A stretch of 64,000 nt of DNA from Macrostomum hystrix (Eukaryota; Animalia; Platyhelminthes): assembly GCA_950097015.1 (NCBI GenBank), contig CATNEN010000012.1, forward strand, positions 2,542,001-2,606,000, read 5' to 3'. The notes under the pieces were generated by a model. It was not told the origin of the DNA, searched no databases, and worked only from the letters and a program-made list of their open reading frames with translations. Position numbers and translations under genes: made by a program. Shown here piece after piece: positions 9,071 to 21,100 of the stretch. Position 1 is the first letter of the stretch; the number at the start of each line of letters is the position of its first letter.

Positions 9071-11566
9071 CCGCAGAACGAGCACATCGAGCTTCACCGG
9101 AAGCGGCACGGCCGCCGGTTCGATTATGAAGAGAAGCAGCGCAAGAAGGAGGCCAGGCAGGGCCGGCTGCGCTCTAAGAAGGCGCGCACGCTTCGCGGCC
9201 TGAAGGCCAAGCTGTTCAATAAGGAGCGCCACAAGGAGAAGGTGCAGATGAAGAAGACACTCAGGGCTCACGATCAGCGCGACACGAAGCAGCGAGCGGA
9301 CGATCAGGCTGTGCCGGAGGGAGCCAAGCCGGTGTACCTGCTGGATAGGGAGGACCAGACTAGGGCCAAGGTCCTGTCTAATATGCTCAAACAGAAGCGA
9401 AAGGAGAAGGCAGGCAAGTGAATTTCACCTTCCAGTGCTTACAATCCTCCCCACACTCGGGAACAGCAGCCTCCCCACACTCAGGAACAGCAGCCTCCCC
9501 CCACTCAGGAACAGCAGCCTCCCACACTCAGGAACAGCAGCCTCCCACACTCAGGAACAGCAGCCTCCCACACTCAGGAACTGCAGCCTCCCCCCACTCA
9601 GGAACAGCAGCCTCCCACACTCAGGAACAGCAGCCTCCCACACTCAGGAACTGCAGCCTCCCCCCACTCAGGAACAGCAGCCTCCCACACTCAGGAACAG
9701 CAGCCTCCCACACTCAGGAACTGCAGCCTCCCCACACTCGGGAACAGCAGCCTCCCACACTCGGGAACAGCAGCCTCCCCACACTCAGGAACTGCAGCCT
9801 CCACACTCGGGAACAGCAGCCTCCCACACTCGGGAACAGCAGCCTCCCCACACTCGGGAACAGCAGCCTCCCACCCAATCGGGAACAGCAGCCTCCCCAC
9901 ACTCGGGAACAGCAGCCTCCCCACACTCAGGAACTGCAGCCTCCCACACTCGGGAACAGCAGCCTCCCCACACTCAGGAACAGCAGCCTCCCCACACTCG
10001 GGAACAGCAGCCTCCCCACACTCAGGAACTGCAGCCTCCCACACTCAGGAACAGCAGCCTCCCACACTCAGGAACAGCAGCCTCCCCACACTCGGGAACA
10101 GCAGCCTCCCCACACTCGGGAACAGCAGCCTCCCCACACTCGGGAACAGCAGCCTCCCCACACTCGGGAACAGCAGCCTCCCACACTCGGGAACAGCAGT
10201 CTCCCACACTCGGGAACAGCAGCCTCCCACACTCGGGAACAGCAGCCTCCCACACTCGGGAACAGCAGCCTCCCACACTCGGGAACAGCAGTCTCCCACA
10301 CTCGGGAACAGCAGCCTCCCACACTCGGGAACAGCAGCCTCCACACTCGGGAACAGCAGCCTCCCACACTCGGGAACAGCAGCCTCCCCACACTCGGGAA
10401 CAGCAGCCTCCCACCCAATCGGGAACAGCAGCCTCCCCACACTCGGGAACAGCAGCCTCCCCACACTCAGGAACTGCAGCCTCCCACACTCGGGAACAGC
10501 AGCCTCCCCACACTCAGGAACAGCAGCCTCCCCACACTCGGGAACAGCAGCCTCCCCACACTCAGGAACTGCAGCCTCCCACACTCAGGAACAGCAGCCT
10601 CCCACACTCAGGAACAGCAGCCTCCCCACACTCGGGAACAGCAGCCTCCCCACACTCGGGAACAGCAGCCTCCCCACACTCGGGAACAGCAGCCTCCCCA
10701 CACTCGGGAACAGCAGCCTCCCACACTCGGGAACAGCAGTCTCCCACACTCGGGAACAGCAGCCTCCCACACTCGGGAACAGCAGCCTCCCACACTCGGG
10801 AACAGCAGCCTCCCACACTCGGGAACAGCAGTCTCCCACACTCGGGAACAGCAGCCTCCCACACTCGGGAACAGCAGCCTCCACACTCGGGAACAGCAGC
10901 CTCCCACACTCAGGAACAGCAGCCTCCCACACTCAGGAACTGCAGCCTCCCACACTCAGGAACAGCAGCCTCCCACACTCAGGAACTGCAGCCTCCCACA
11001 CTCAGGAACTGCAGCCTCCCACACTCAGGAACTGCAGCCTCCCCCCCAATCGGGAACAGCAGCTGTAATTCAATGTCGCACTGTACATTACAAAATCGTG
11101 ACCATCCCGAATCCTGTCTGTCGCAGGCAAATGGGATGTGCCCATCCCGAAGGTGCGCGCCACATCCGAGGCTGAAGCGTTCCGCGCCCTCCGATCCGGC
11201 AAGTCGAAGCGCAAAGCCTGGAAGCGGATGGTCACCAAGGTCACATTCGTGCCCGACGGATTCACTCGCAAGCCGCCAAAGTACGAGCGCTTCATCCGGC
11301 CAACTGGCCTTCGTTTCAAGGTCGCTCACGTGACACACCCGGAGCTGAAGGCCACATTCCAGCTGCCACTGCTAGGAGTCAAAAAGAATCCAACATCTCC
11401 GCTGTACACCAGCCTGGGCATCATCACCAAGGGCACAGTGATCGAAGTGAATGTGAGCGATCTTGGCCTAGTGACCCAATCCGGCAAGGTTGTGTGGGGC
11501 AAGTATGCTCAGGTGACCAACTGTCCGGAGAATGACGGCTGCATCAATGCCGTGCTGCTCGTTTAG
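9071..11566 (+). CDS. NSA2: Ribosome biogenesis protein NSA2; exons 9071-9413 and 11127-11566; initiator Met not contiguous
   Basis: [27 protein letters not shown]...[26 protein letters not shown]|[12 protein letters not shown]...[32 protein letters not shown]...[11 protein letters not shown]. The phase-1 intron 9414-11126 has an AG|GCAAGT donor. Confidence 0.96.
9449..11062 (+). repeat. 22-23-bp minisatellite (CACACTC[A/G]GGAAC[A/T]GCAGCCTCC) filling the NSA2 intron
   Basis: About 70 units, including a 540-bp higher-order duplication. Confidence 0.95.
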
Positions 11567-11954
11567 TTCTTAAGAATTAAGAAGCTTTTAATTAGTTGGT
11601 TCACGGATGCCACAAAAATTAGCAGACTACTATCAGTAGGATGGCTAGGTTATAAAAAAGTATTGGAAATGTGTAAACATGAGCCAACAATTTGATCAGC
11701 TTCTTAATTGGCCAACCCTAAGGATGCGATTTTTGAAGCATTTTCCATTGTGTACCATCTGCCCTGTCTGAATAATTGTGCGGCGTTAATGATTGTTAAT
11801 CACAATGAAAATATATGAGCAATTGTACGTTTCAAATTAAAATAGGCAGTAGGAGAGAGCCTGTTTCAGCCACCGAAGTCCACGTGGCGATGCGTAATGA
11901 ACATTTACAATGGCTTCCTGTCTTTTGGTTCACTTCGTTTGCACATTTCAGTAC

Positions 11955-12680
11955 TTCATCAGTTTGTTCAACAGATATTGCAGACTTTCACCAGTTTGTT
12001 CAACAGACATTGCAGCATTTCACCAGTTTGTTCAACAGACATTGCAGCCTTTCACCAGTTTGTTCAACAGACATTGCAGCCTTTCACCAGTTTGTTCAAA
12101 AGACATTGCAGCATTTCACCAGTTTGTTCAACAGATATTGCAGACTTTCACCAGTTTGTTCAACAGATATTGCAGTCTTTCACCAGTTTGTTCAACAGAC
12201 ATTGCAGCATTTCACCAGTTTGTTCAACAGACATTGCAGCCTTTCACCAGTTTGTTCAACAGACATTGCAGCCTTTCACCAGTTTGTTCAAAAGACATTG
12301 CAGCATTTCACCAGTTTGTTCAACAGATATTGCAGACTTTCACCAGTTTGTTCAACAGACATTGCAGCCTTTCACCAGTTTGTTCAACAGACATTGCAGC
12401 CTTTCACCAGTTTGTTCAACAGACATTGCAGCCTTTCACCAGTTTGTTCAACAGACATTGCAGCCTTTCACCAGTTTGTTCAACAGACATTGCAGCCTTT
12501 CACCAGTTTGTTCAACAGACATTGCAGCCTTTCATCAGTTTGTTCAACAGGCATTGCAGCATTTCATCAGTTTGTTTAACAGACATTGCAGCATTTCATC
12601 AGTTTGTTTAACAGGCATTGCAGCATTTCATCAGTTTGTTTAACAGACATTGCAGCATTTCATCAGTTTGTTCAACAGCT
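11955..12680 (+). repeat. 32-bp minisatellite (TTGTTCAACAGACATTGCAGCCTTTCACCAGT)
   Basis: Period 32 read directly; ~22 copies. Confidence 0.95.
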
Positions 12681-13539
12681 TTCATCAGACTTTATGATGG
12701 ATTACAGCGTCAGTCTGTTTAAAAGTCATTACAGCCTTTCATCAGACTGTTTGTGGGGTGCAATAGCCTTCTTCAGTCGATCATAAATTAATACCTGCAT
12801 AATCCGTGCATAACACCTTTCTGCCATCTGCCCTTGTACAGAGGTCAGATGGCTGGAAGCCGTTGAGGGACTGTGGCACTGTCCTTAGTACGAATTTTTA
12901 TTGGCCCTTTTAAACTCTGCCGCTCGCTATCCAATTTAAAACAAGCGCCGCTGTTTCAAGTTCAGGTGGGGAAATTTAATTTGTAGATTTTTATAGTCCA
13001 CCATTTTTATGATTTTTAAGGCCCCCCCACAAAGCAAAATCACCGCCCACACAGTTGCTGCTGCTTCTCATTTGGTTAAATCGAAACACAATACCGGCCC
13101 GCAGCAATTTGTGTTTGCACTAAAAATATGGACAGACAGGTATATAAAATATCCTATTCCCTCTAGCCTTGATCATGTGACCCGAGTCTAATGGATATCC
13201 CATCTCCTTTACATCCCGACCTATTCCATTCAAGTGGCCGATTCATTTTTTGCCTAAATTCCCTTAACTCGTCTTCTTTATCTGCGAGTGACCTAGCCCA
13301 GCTTCGCAAGCGGCACATTTAACTTGCATCTTATCTTGGGATACAGTCTCGTTCATCTGTCAGTCACGATGTAAAATGCTTTTTTTAGACAAAATATCGG
13401 TTGGCCAAATAAGGACGACTAATTTTGGATGACAAATTTTGCCACTAAGGACAACTGCACAGATTTCATGACATTATTTCGGCCGTTTAACAGCTTATAG
13501 GCATGCCCAACTGTTAAATCATTTTAGACCCGTTCGATT

Positions 13540-14005
13540 TCTTGTATCTAACAGCTCTTGTCAAAAAGTATTTACAGCATCTAACATATCCTATCTAACA
13601 GGTTCTGTCTAACAGGTTTTACAGTATCTAACAGCTCTTGTCTAACAGGTTTTACAACGTCTAACATATCTTATCTAACATGTTCTGTCTAACAGGTTTT
13701 ACAGTATCTAACAGCTCTTGTCTAACAGGTTTTACAAAATCTAACAGCTCTTGTCCAACAGTATTTGCAGTGTCTAACAGCTCTTGTCTAACAGGTTTTA
13801 CAAAACCTAACAGCTCTTGTCCAACAGTATTTGCAGTGTCTAACAGCTCTTGTCTAACAGGTTTTACAAAACCTAACAGCATTTGTCCAACAGTATTTGC
13901 AGTGTCTAACAGCTCTTGTCTAACAGGTTTTTTAGCGTCTAACATATCTTATCTAACATGTTCTGTCTAACAGGTTTTACAAAATCTAACAGCTCTTGTC
14001 TAACA
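13540..14005 (+). repeat. 33-bp (66-bp dimer) TCTAACAG-based minisatellite
   Basis: TCTAACAGCTCTTGTCTAACAGGTTTTACAAAA and variants. Confidence 0.85.
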
Positions 14006-14220
14006 GTCGAAGACACTGAGTGCTTCAAACATCTAAAGTAACAGGTTCTGCAGCTTGCAGCAAATCAACTGAAAGTATAGCGTAGTGACCAGTTACCCAG
14101 GCCTTATTTTTCCTAGCAGCAATGTCCCAGTACCACGCGATTCCACCGTGTAGCTAATATTAGGGAGTGCAGATAAAACTGAATAACTCCCAGGGGCCTT
14201 GAGAGGCCAAACTGGTATCC

Positions 14221-15586
14221 GTGCAGTGTGTGTGTCCTGAACTGTGTGCAGTGTGTCCTGAACTGTGTGCAGTGTGTGTCCTGAACTGTGTGCAGTGTGT
14301 GTCCTGAACTGTGTGCAGTGTGTGTCCTGAACTGTGTGCAGTGTGTGTCCTGAACTGTGTGCAGTGTGTCCTGAACTGTGTGCAGTGTGTGTCCTGAACT
14401 GTGTGCAGTGTGTCCTGAACTATGTGCAGTGTGTGTCCTGAACTGTGTGCAGTGTGTCCTGAACTGTGTGCAGTGTGTCCTGAACTGTGTGCAGTGTGTG
14501 TCCTGAACTGTGTGCAGTGTGTGTGTCCTGAACTGTGTGCAGTGTGTGTCCTGAACTGTGTGCAGTGTGTGTCCTGAACTGTGTGCAGTGTGTGTCCTGA
14601 ACTGTGTGCAGTGTGTGTCCTGAACTGTGTGCAGTGTGTGTCCTGAACTGTGTGCAGTGTGTGTCCTGAACTGTGTGCAGTGTGTGAGTCTTGAACTGTG
14701 TCCAGTGTGTGTCCTGAACTGTGTGCAGTGTGTCCTGAACTGTGTGCAGTGTGTGTCCTGAACTGTGTGCAGTGTGTGTCCTGAACTGTGTGCAGTGTGT
14801 CCTGAACTGTGTGCAGTGTGTGTGTCCTGAACTGTGTGCAGTGTGTCCTGAACTGTGTGCAGTGTGTGTCCTGAACTGTGTGCAGTGTGTGTGTCCTGAA
14901 CTGTGTGCAGTGTGTGTGTCCTGAACTGTGTGCAGTGTGTGTGTCCTGAACTGTGTGCAGTGTGTGTCCTGAACTGTGTGCAGTGTGTCCTGAACTGTGT
15001 GCAGTGTGTCCTGAACTGTGTGCAGTGTGTCCTGAACTGTGTGCAGTGTGTCCTGAACTGTGTGCAGTGTGTCCTGAACTGTGTGCAGTGTGTCCTGAAC
15101 TGTGTGCAGTGTGTCCTGAACTGTGTGTAGTGTGTCCTGAACTGTGTGCAGTGTGTCCTGAACTGTGTGCAGTGTGTGTCCTGAACTGTGTGCAGTGTGT
15201 CCTGAACTGTGTGCAGTGTGTGTGTCCTGAACTGTGTGCAGTGTGTCCTGAACTGTGTGCAGTGTGTGTGTCCTGAACTGTGTGCAGTGTGTGTCCTGAA
15301 CTGTGTGCAGTGTGTGTGTCCTGAACTGTGTGCAGTGTGTGTCCTGAACTGTGTGCAGTGTGTGTGTCCTGAACTGTGTGCAGTGTGTGTGTCCTGAACT
15401 GTGTGCAGTGTGTGTCCTGAACTGTGTGCAGTGTGTGTCCTGAACTGTGTGCAGTGTGTGTTTCCTGAACTGTGTGCAGTGTGTCCTGAACTGTGTGCAG
15501 TGTGTGTCCTGAACTGTGTGCAGTGTGTGTCCTGAACTGTGTGCAGTGTGTGTTTCCTGAACTGTGTGCAGTGTGTCCTGAACTGT
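14221..15586 (+). repeat. 21-25-bp minisatellite (GT)nCCTGAACTGTGTGCA with a variable GT tract
   Basis: Constant core plus a variable dinucleotide tract; ~60 units. Confidence 0.95.
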
Positions 15587-16634
15587 ATGTCCAAAACGGC
15601 AGTCGATAAGGGCAGTCCTGAGTACAAGATTTACAGTGCAAAGATGACACACACATTTACAGTTTATTCCCAATAGCCCCCGGTTTCTGCACAAACTGTT
15701 TATACTAAATTGGGCCAATGGTCGACAGAAATCAGGCCTCGCGGCGGTGTCGATGACTCACATAGGATAAAATTTGACCTGCAGGGAAACTTTCGCAGTT
15801 ATCAGCTGCCAACAACGCCCACCCAGTGGTAACTGAAATAATCGCCTTGTTTCAGCCGCATCGGCCTCTTCAATTTTAACGGCAACAGCTGTCGGTTTGA
15901 ATTTAGCCACTACAGCGCTGGGTAAACAACACAGCCAGCAACAGCGCGGAGGCGGCCATCGTCTGAGTGGGCAATTAGGTGTTTTTTAAATATACGCCGT
16001 TCCGCCACAGTGCGCACATGTTCAGCTGGTAGGGTTAATGGGCGGCGATGGGGTTAAGTAGCATCCTGACCCCTTGGATAGCTCCTGACTGAAGGAGCGG
16101 CCAGTATTCGAGTGCAGCCGTTCGCTACTTCAAATATGGGAGAAACTGCATACATACTCGTAATTTTTACTCCCTAGTCTTCAGGTAAGGCTCGATTTGA
16201 CAACTATAGTCTGTTGCTATGCAGCCTGGGCGCATCCTCTGATCAGTAAACCTGTAGCTGACTTGCTACAAATGTTGCTAGTTGAATCCAAGAGTTGGCA
16301 AAAGCTAGAGCTTGTTTATTTAGTTTTGTCGTGGGGTTACATTTAAGTCTTAACCGGGCGACTGTACCTAACGATAACAAGGGTCATAGACAATAAGCGG
16401 TAAGGGGGGGAATAAAAGTAGCATTTGAATCTTTAAATATTAAGAGTTAAAAGAAAGAAGTGAATTTGCTGCTACAAACCATATCTGCGGAAACCAGGCC
16501 TAATTAGGCCCGGACCATTATCCAAATGTAAGTCTGCTTAGTTTAGTTTGTTGCTAACCCGCTAAAGTTGGCTGGCGAACCCTTCAGGCAAGGGATTCAG
16601 AGCATGTCGAAAAGGCCGAAGGAAAAGTTATTGC

Positions 16635-17798
16635 TGCAACCAATTGAAGTATCATGAGACAGCAGTTGCAACCAACTGGAGTTTCATGAGACAGCAGTTG
16701 CAACCAACTGGAGTTTCATGAGACAGCAGTTGCAACCAACTGGAGTTTCATGAGACAGCAGTTGCAACCAACTGGAGTTTCATGAGACAGCAGTTGCAAC
16801 CAACTGGAGTTTCATGAGACAGCAGTTGCAACCAACTGGAGTTTCATGAGACAGCAGTTGCAACCAACTGGAGTTTCATGAGACAGCAGTTGCAACCAAC
16901 TGAAGTATCATGAGACAGCAGTTGCAACCAACTGGAGTTTCATGAGACAGCAGTTGCAACCAACTGGAGTTTCATGAGACAGCAGTTGCAACCGACTGGA
17001 GTTTCATGAGACAGCAGTTGCAACCAACTGGAGTTTCATGAGACAGCAGTTGCAACCAACTGGAGTTTCATGAGACAGCAGTTGCAACCGACTGGAGTTT
17101 CATGAGACAGCAGTTGCAACCAACTGGAGTTTCATGAGACAGCAGTTGCAGCCAACTGAAGGATCAGGTAGCAGTTGCACGCAGCCAACTGAAGGATCAG
17201 GTAGCAGTTGCAACCAACTGAAGGATCAGGTAGCAGTTGCAGCCAACTGAAGGATCAGGTAGCAGTTGCAGCCAACTGAAGGATCAGGTAGCAGTTGCAA
17301 CCAACTGAAGGATCAGGTAGCAGTTGCAACCAACTGAAGGATCAGGTAGCAGTTGCAGCCAACTGAAGGATCAGGTAGCAGTTGCAACCAACTGAAAGAT
17401 CAGGTAGCATTTGCACGCAGCCAACTGAAGGATCAGGTAGCAGTTGCAACCAACTGAAAGATCAGGTAGCATTTGCACGCAGCCAACTGAAGGATCAGGT
17501 AGCAGTTGCAGCCAACTGAAGGATCAGGTAGCAGTTGCAACCAACTGAAAGATCAGGTAGCATTTGCACGCAGCCAACTGAAGGATCAGGTAGCAGTTGC
17601 ACGCAGCCAACTGAAGGATCAGGTAGCAGTTGCAACCAACTGAAAGATCAGGTAGCATTTGCACGCAGCCAACTGAAGGATCAGGTAGCAGTTGCATGCA
17701 GCCAACTGAAGGATCAGGTAGCAGTTGCAGCCAACTGAAGGATCAGGTAGCAGTTGCAGCTAACTGAAGGATCAGGTAGCAGTTGCAGCCAACTGAAG
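16635..17798 (+). repeat. Composite minisatellite: 32-bp unit (16635-17150) switching to a 29/33-bp unit (17150-17798)
   Basis: Both units share GCAGTTGCA[A/G]CCAACTG. The tails differ (GAGTTTCATGAGACA vs AAGGATCAGGTA). Confidence 0.93.
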
Positions 17799-18187
17799 AC
17801 CAGAGAATTTCTCCTTATAAAGAAAGCATTTAATCCGTGTATATATGGGTCCATTCTAATGTGTTTGGTTAACTTTCCCGTCGTTTATGACATTAAGCAA
17901 GCGCAGCGCCACGCGTTCAATGCACGTCTGCAAAGCCGACGCGGTGAACTGTCTGCTAACGGACAATAACGCACTGATGAACCATGGACCGCTCTCATTG
18001 GCTGGTTGGCAAGGCTCCAAAGCGTTAGGCCTCGCCGATCGGCCCCCTAAAGCTTGAAGATAATAATTAAGGGGCGAAATCTCGAAATCAGCCTTCCTTT
18101 TCATGTTTCCCCTTCCAATCTCCTCCCAGATCTGCTAGGCACTGATTCGAAGGTCAAACAACTCTGCTTTTTAACAGCTTCAAGGAC

Positions 18188-21100
18188 ATGAAGGCCAATT
18201 CACCTCCTCCAGCGCTGCTGCTGCTGCTGTTACTGTTACTGCCGGTGAACTCAGCTTTCTGGCTGTCGGCGCCTGACGATTCTAGACAACAGCAACTGTC
18301 GCTGGAACTGACTCAAACTGTTCTGCGACACCGCAAAGTGATCAACATCAGGGATGTCATTGACAGGCAGCTTCTGTACACACTGGGTACCTCTCGGTAA
18401 GTTGCTGGGCCACCTGTTCAAGCTTTAATAGCTTTTAATCGTGCACTGGAAACTAAAGTTCAGCGCATTAATAAATGTGTTTCTGTAATTACTGCTGCAA
18501 CTGCTCCCTGATCCTTCAGTATCTGATACCTTATGGGGCTGCAACGGCTCCCTGATCCTTCAGTATCTGATACCTTATGGGGCTGCAACTGCTCCCTGAT
18601 CCTTCAGTATCTGATACCTTATGGGGCTGCAACTGCTCCCTGATCCTTCAGTATCTGATGCCTTATGGGGCTGCAACTGCTCCCTGATCCTTCAGTATCT
18701 GATGCCTTATGGGGCTGCAACTGCTCCCTGATCCTTCAGTATCTGATGCCTTATGGGGCTGCAACTGCTCCCTGATCCTTCAGTATCTGATACCTTATGG
18801 GGCTGCAACGGCTCCCTGATCCTTCAGTATCTGATGCCTTATGGGGCTGCGACTGCTCCCTGATCCTTCAGTATCTGATACCTTATGGGGCTGCAACTGC
18901 TCCCTGATCCTTCAGTATCTGATACCTTATGGGGCTGCAACGGCTCCCTGATCCTTCAGTATCTGATGCCTTATGGGGCTGCGACTGCTCCCTGATCCTT
19001 CAGTATCTGATGCCTTATGGGGCTGCAACTGCTCCCTGATCCTTCAGTATCTGATACCTTATGGGGCTGCGACTGCTCCCTGATCCTTCAGTATCTGATA
19101 CCTTATGGGGCTGCAACTGTTCCCTGATCCTTCAGTATCTGATGCCTTATGGGGCTGCAACTGCTCCCTGATCCTTCAGTATCTGATACCTTATGGGGCT
19201 GCAACTGCTCCCTGATCCTTCAGTATCTGATACCTTATGGGGCTGCAACGGCTCCCTGATCCTTCAGTATCTGATACCTTATAGGGCTGCAACTGCTCCC
19301 TGATCCTTCAGTATCTGATACCTTATGGGGTTGCATTTAGATTGCGACTCGGCCACACTGCTCCAAGTCAAAAGAGCTCTTGTACACTTGAAGCAGTTGC
19401 TTGACGCACTGTTGTCTGGGTAATTGGTGGTGCCTTCGAAATCAACTAACCAGCTGTCAATAATCTTTCGCTGGCGGTAGATGGCTTAAAGAATTGCTGC
19501 TTTGATCATAATCGTCGCACCGGCGTGTTGTTGACTGCCTGTCTGTGTCGCACTGTCTCTAAAAAAGTACACAGTCAATTGTGTGCCCTCTGATTTTGTC
19601 GCAGGGGGTCGCTGGACATAAAACACGGGTTCTCGTGGTCTCTGTCTGGTCTACTGGTCCATGTTCCCTGCCTCGGTTTACAGACAGGCAACAAACTAAA
19701 AAGAAATCGGCGGTAGACAAGGCCTCTAGCCCTCTCTACAATGTCATCATTTTCAACTTGAAACTCGGCGCCGCTTCGCATGACTGACGCTGCGGCGTCA
19801 CATGACGCTGTAAAATCATCCCCATCCCTGATAACTGACAGTCGCTATGGGGATATCACTGGGCAACGTGAGGCCTTTGTCAAGACGGCTACAACTGGGA
19901 GGAGGGGCGAATGAAAATGGGACATGACCCACTCGAAATCGTATCTCAGCACCATTCGGCTTGTCATGCCAGTGTAATTTAGACGGTTATAACACACGGG
20001 GTTGCGTTCTGTCTATCCTTTCGGCCTGCCTTTTACTTTCTCTTTCATCTTTTCAACTTTTCTTAAGCGGTCTGGCTTAAACGGACGCCGCCGCCACCGC
20101 CACTCGACTTTGGCCATCCAAACCTGGTGGCAAATTCTATAAAGATAGATAACACGGAGCCTAGTTTCCCTTCGCTCCTCCCAAATCCCTCCTCTATGGC
20201 TCCTACCTCGATCTGTGTTTCGTCTCGGCGTAAGAGGAAAGGCCGCTTGTTTCAAAGTCACGAGGGGTCGCATTTCATAAAAGCGGGGCAGCCAGCTGGA
20301 CGGCTTCTGTTCCGAGGAGGTCGTCGGCTAATTTTTCGAATTAGACGCTTAGTACCGGATTGTAAATGCGGGTCAGGATAGTTCAGAACAGAAATTAGCC
20401 GGCGATTCAATCGCGCACGTAACTATATCACTGCACAACTGCAGCCTGCAGCGGCATTCGGCGGTTGTCTGAACGACAGACGGGACAAACTGGGCCAGAC
20501 ACAGCCGAGCCGAGTTCGAGTTCTGCGCAAGCCGGGTGTTCCGCAGACCCATATTGGCCTGGATGGGTTTGGAGAGGATTAATAGTGCGCACTAAATGGT
20601 CTCGCCATCCAGGGATAATGGTGTCGCGCAGATAACGGTTTAGTTAGTTTTTAGGCGGACAGGTGATGGGGTGGATAAGTAACTGTATACAAATGGTGTG
20701 CTGCACTATACTAATGAAAATGGTTTCGCTTCCTGACTCTGGGATGACAGATGTTGCGGATCTTCCTACAGGTGCTTTGACTTTTTTTTCACCGTACTAT
20801 TTTGAATGTTCTTGACTGAGCATTTCCGTAAAAGTTAATGCATTTATCTTAGTGTCCAGTTAGCTTATCAGCCTATCCAATTCTTCTAAAGAACTATTGG
20901 TCACCTAAAATTTCACTTGCTTGCTTGTGTCAATGTGCACAACCTGTCAGCTTTTGTTCCTGTCAGTGAAGACGATCCGTCAGTTTCAGGTCCATTGTGT
21001 GCTCTAGTCTTGTCAGGGAAGACAATCCGTCAGTTTCAGGTCCATTGTGTGCTCAAGTCTTGTCAGTGAAGACGATCCGTCAGTTTCAGGTCCATTGTGT

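Noticed and set aside
9418-9420. GT donor at 9418 for the NSA2 intron
   Set aside because: There is no matching AG at the required position in exon 2, so only the GC donor restores GKW.
7473-15718. Long ORFs of 230-630 aa (HFLSPRVQ, HSGTAAS, FHQFVQQ, HTVQDT types)
   Set aside because: They are open in several frames and on both strands only because the repeat units lack stops. The NSA2 ones lie inside a defined intron.
16635-19335. Regular repeats as a CRISPR array
   Set aside because: The units are head-to-tail with no unique spacers, there are no cas genes, and the context is eukaryotic. The same applies to all arrays here.
19341-19419. Extra NDNF-like exon (DCDSATLLQVKRALVHLKQLLDALLSG)
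   Set aside because: It has good-looking splice sites, but 79 nt breaks the frame between exon 1 and 19605, which join directly in phase 2. It would need a weak alternative donor.
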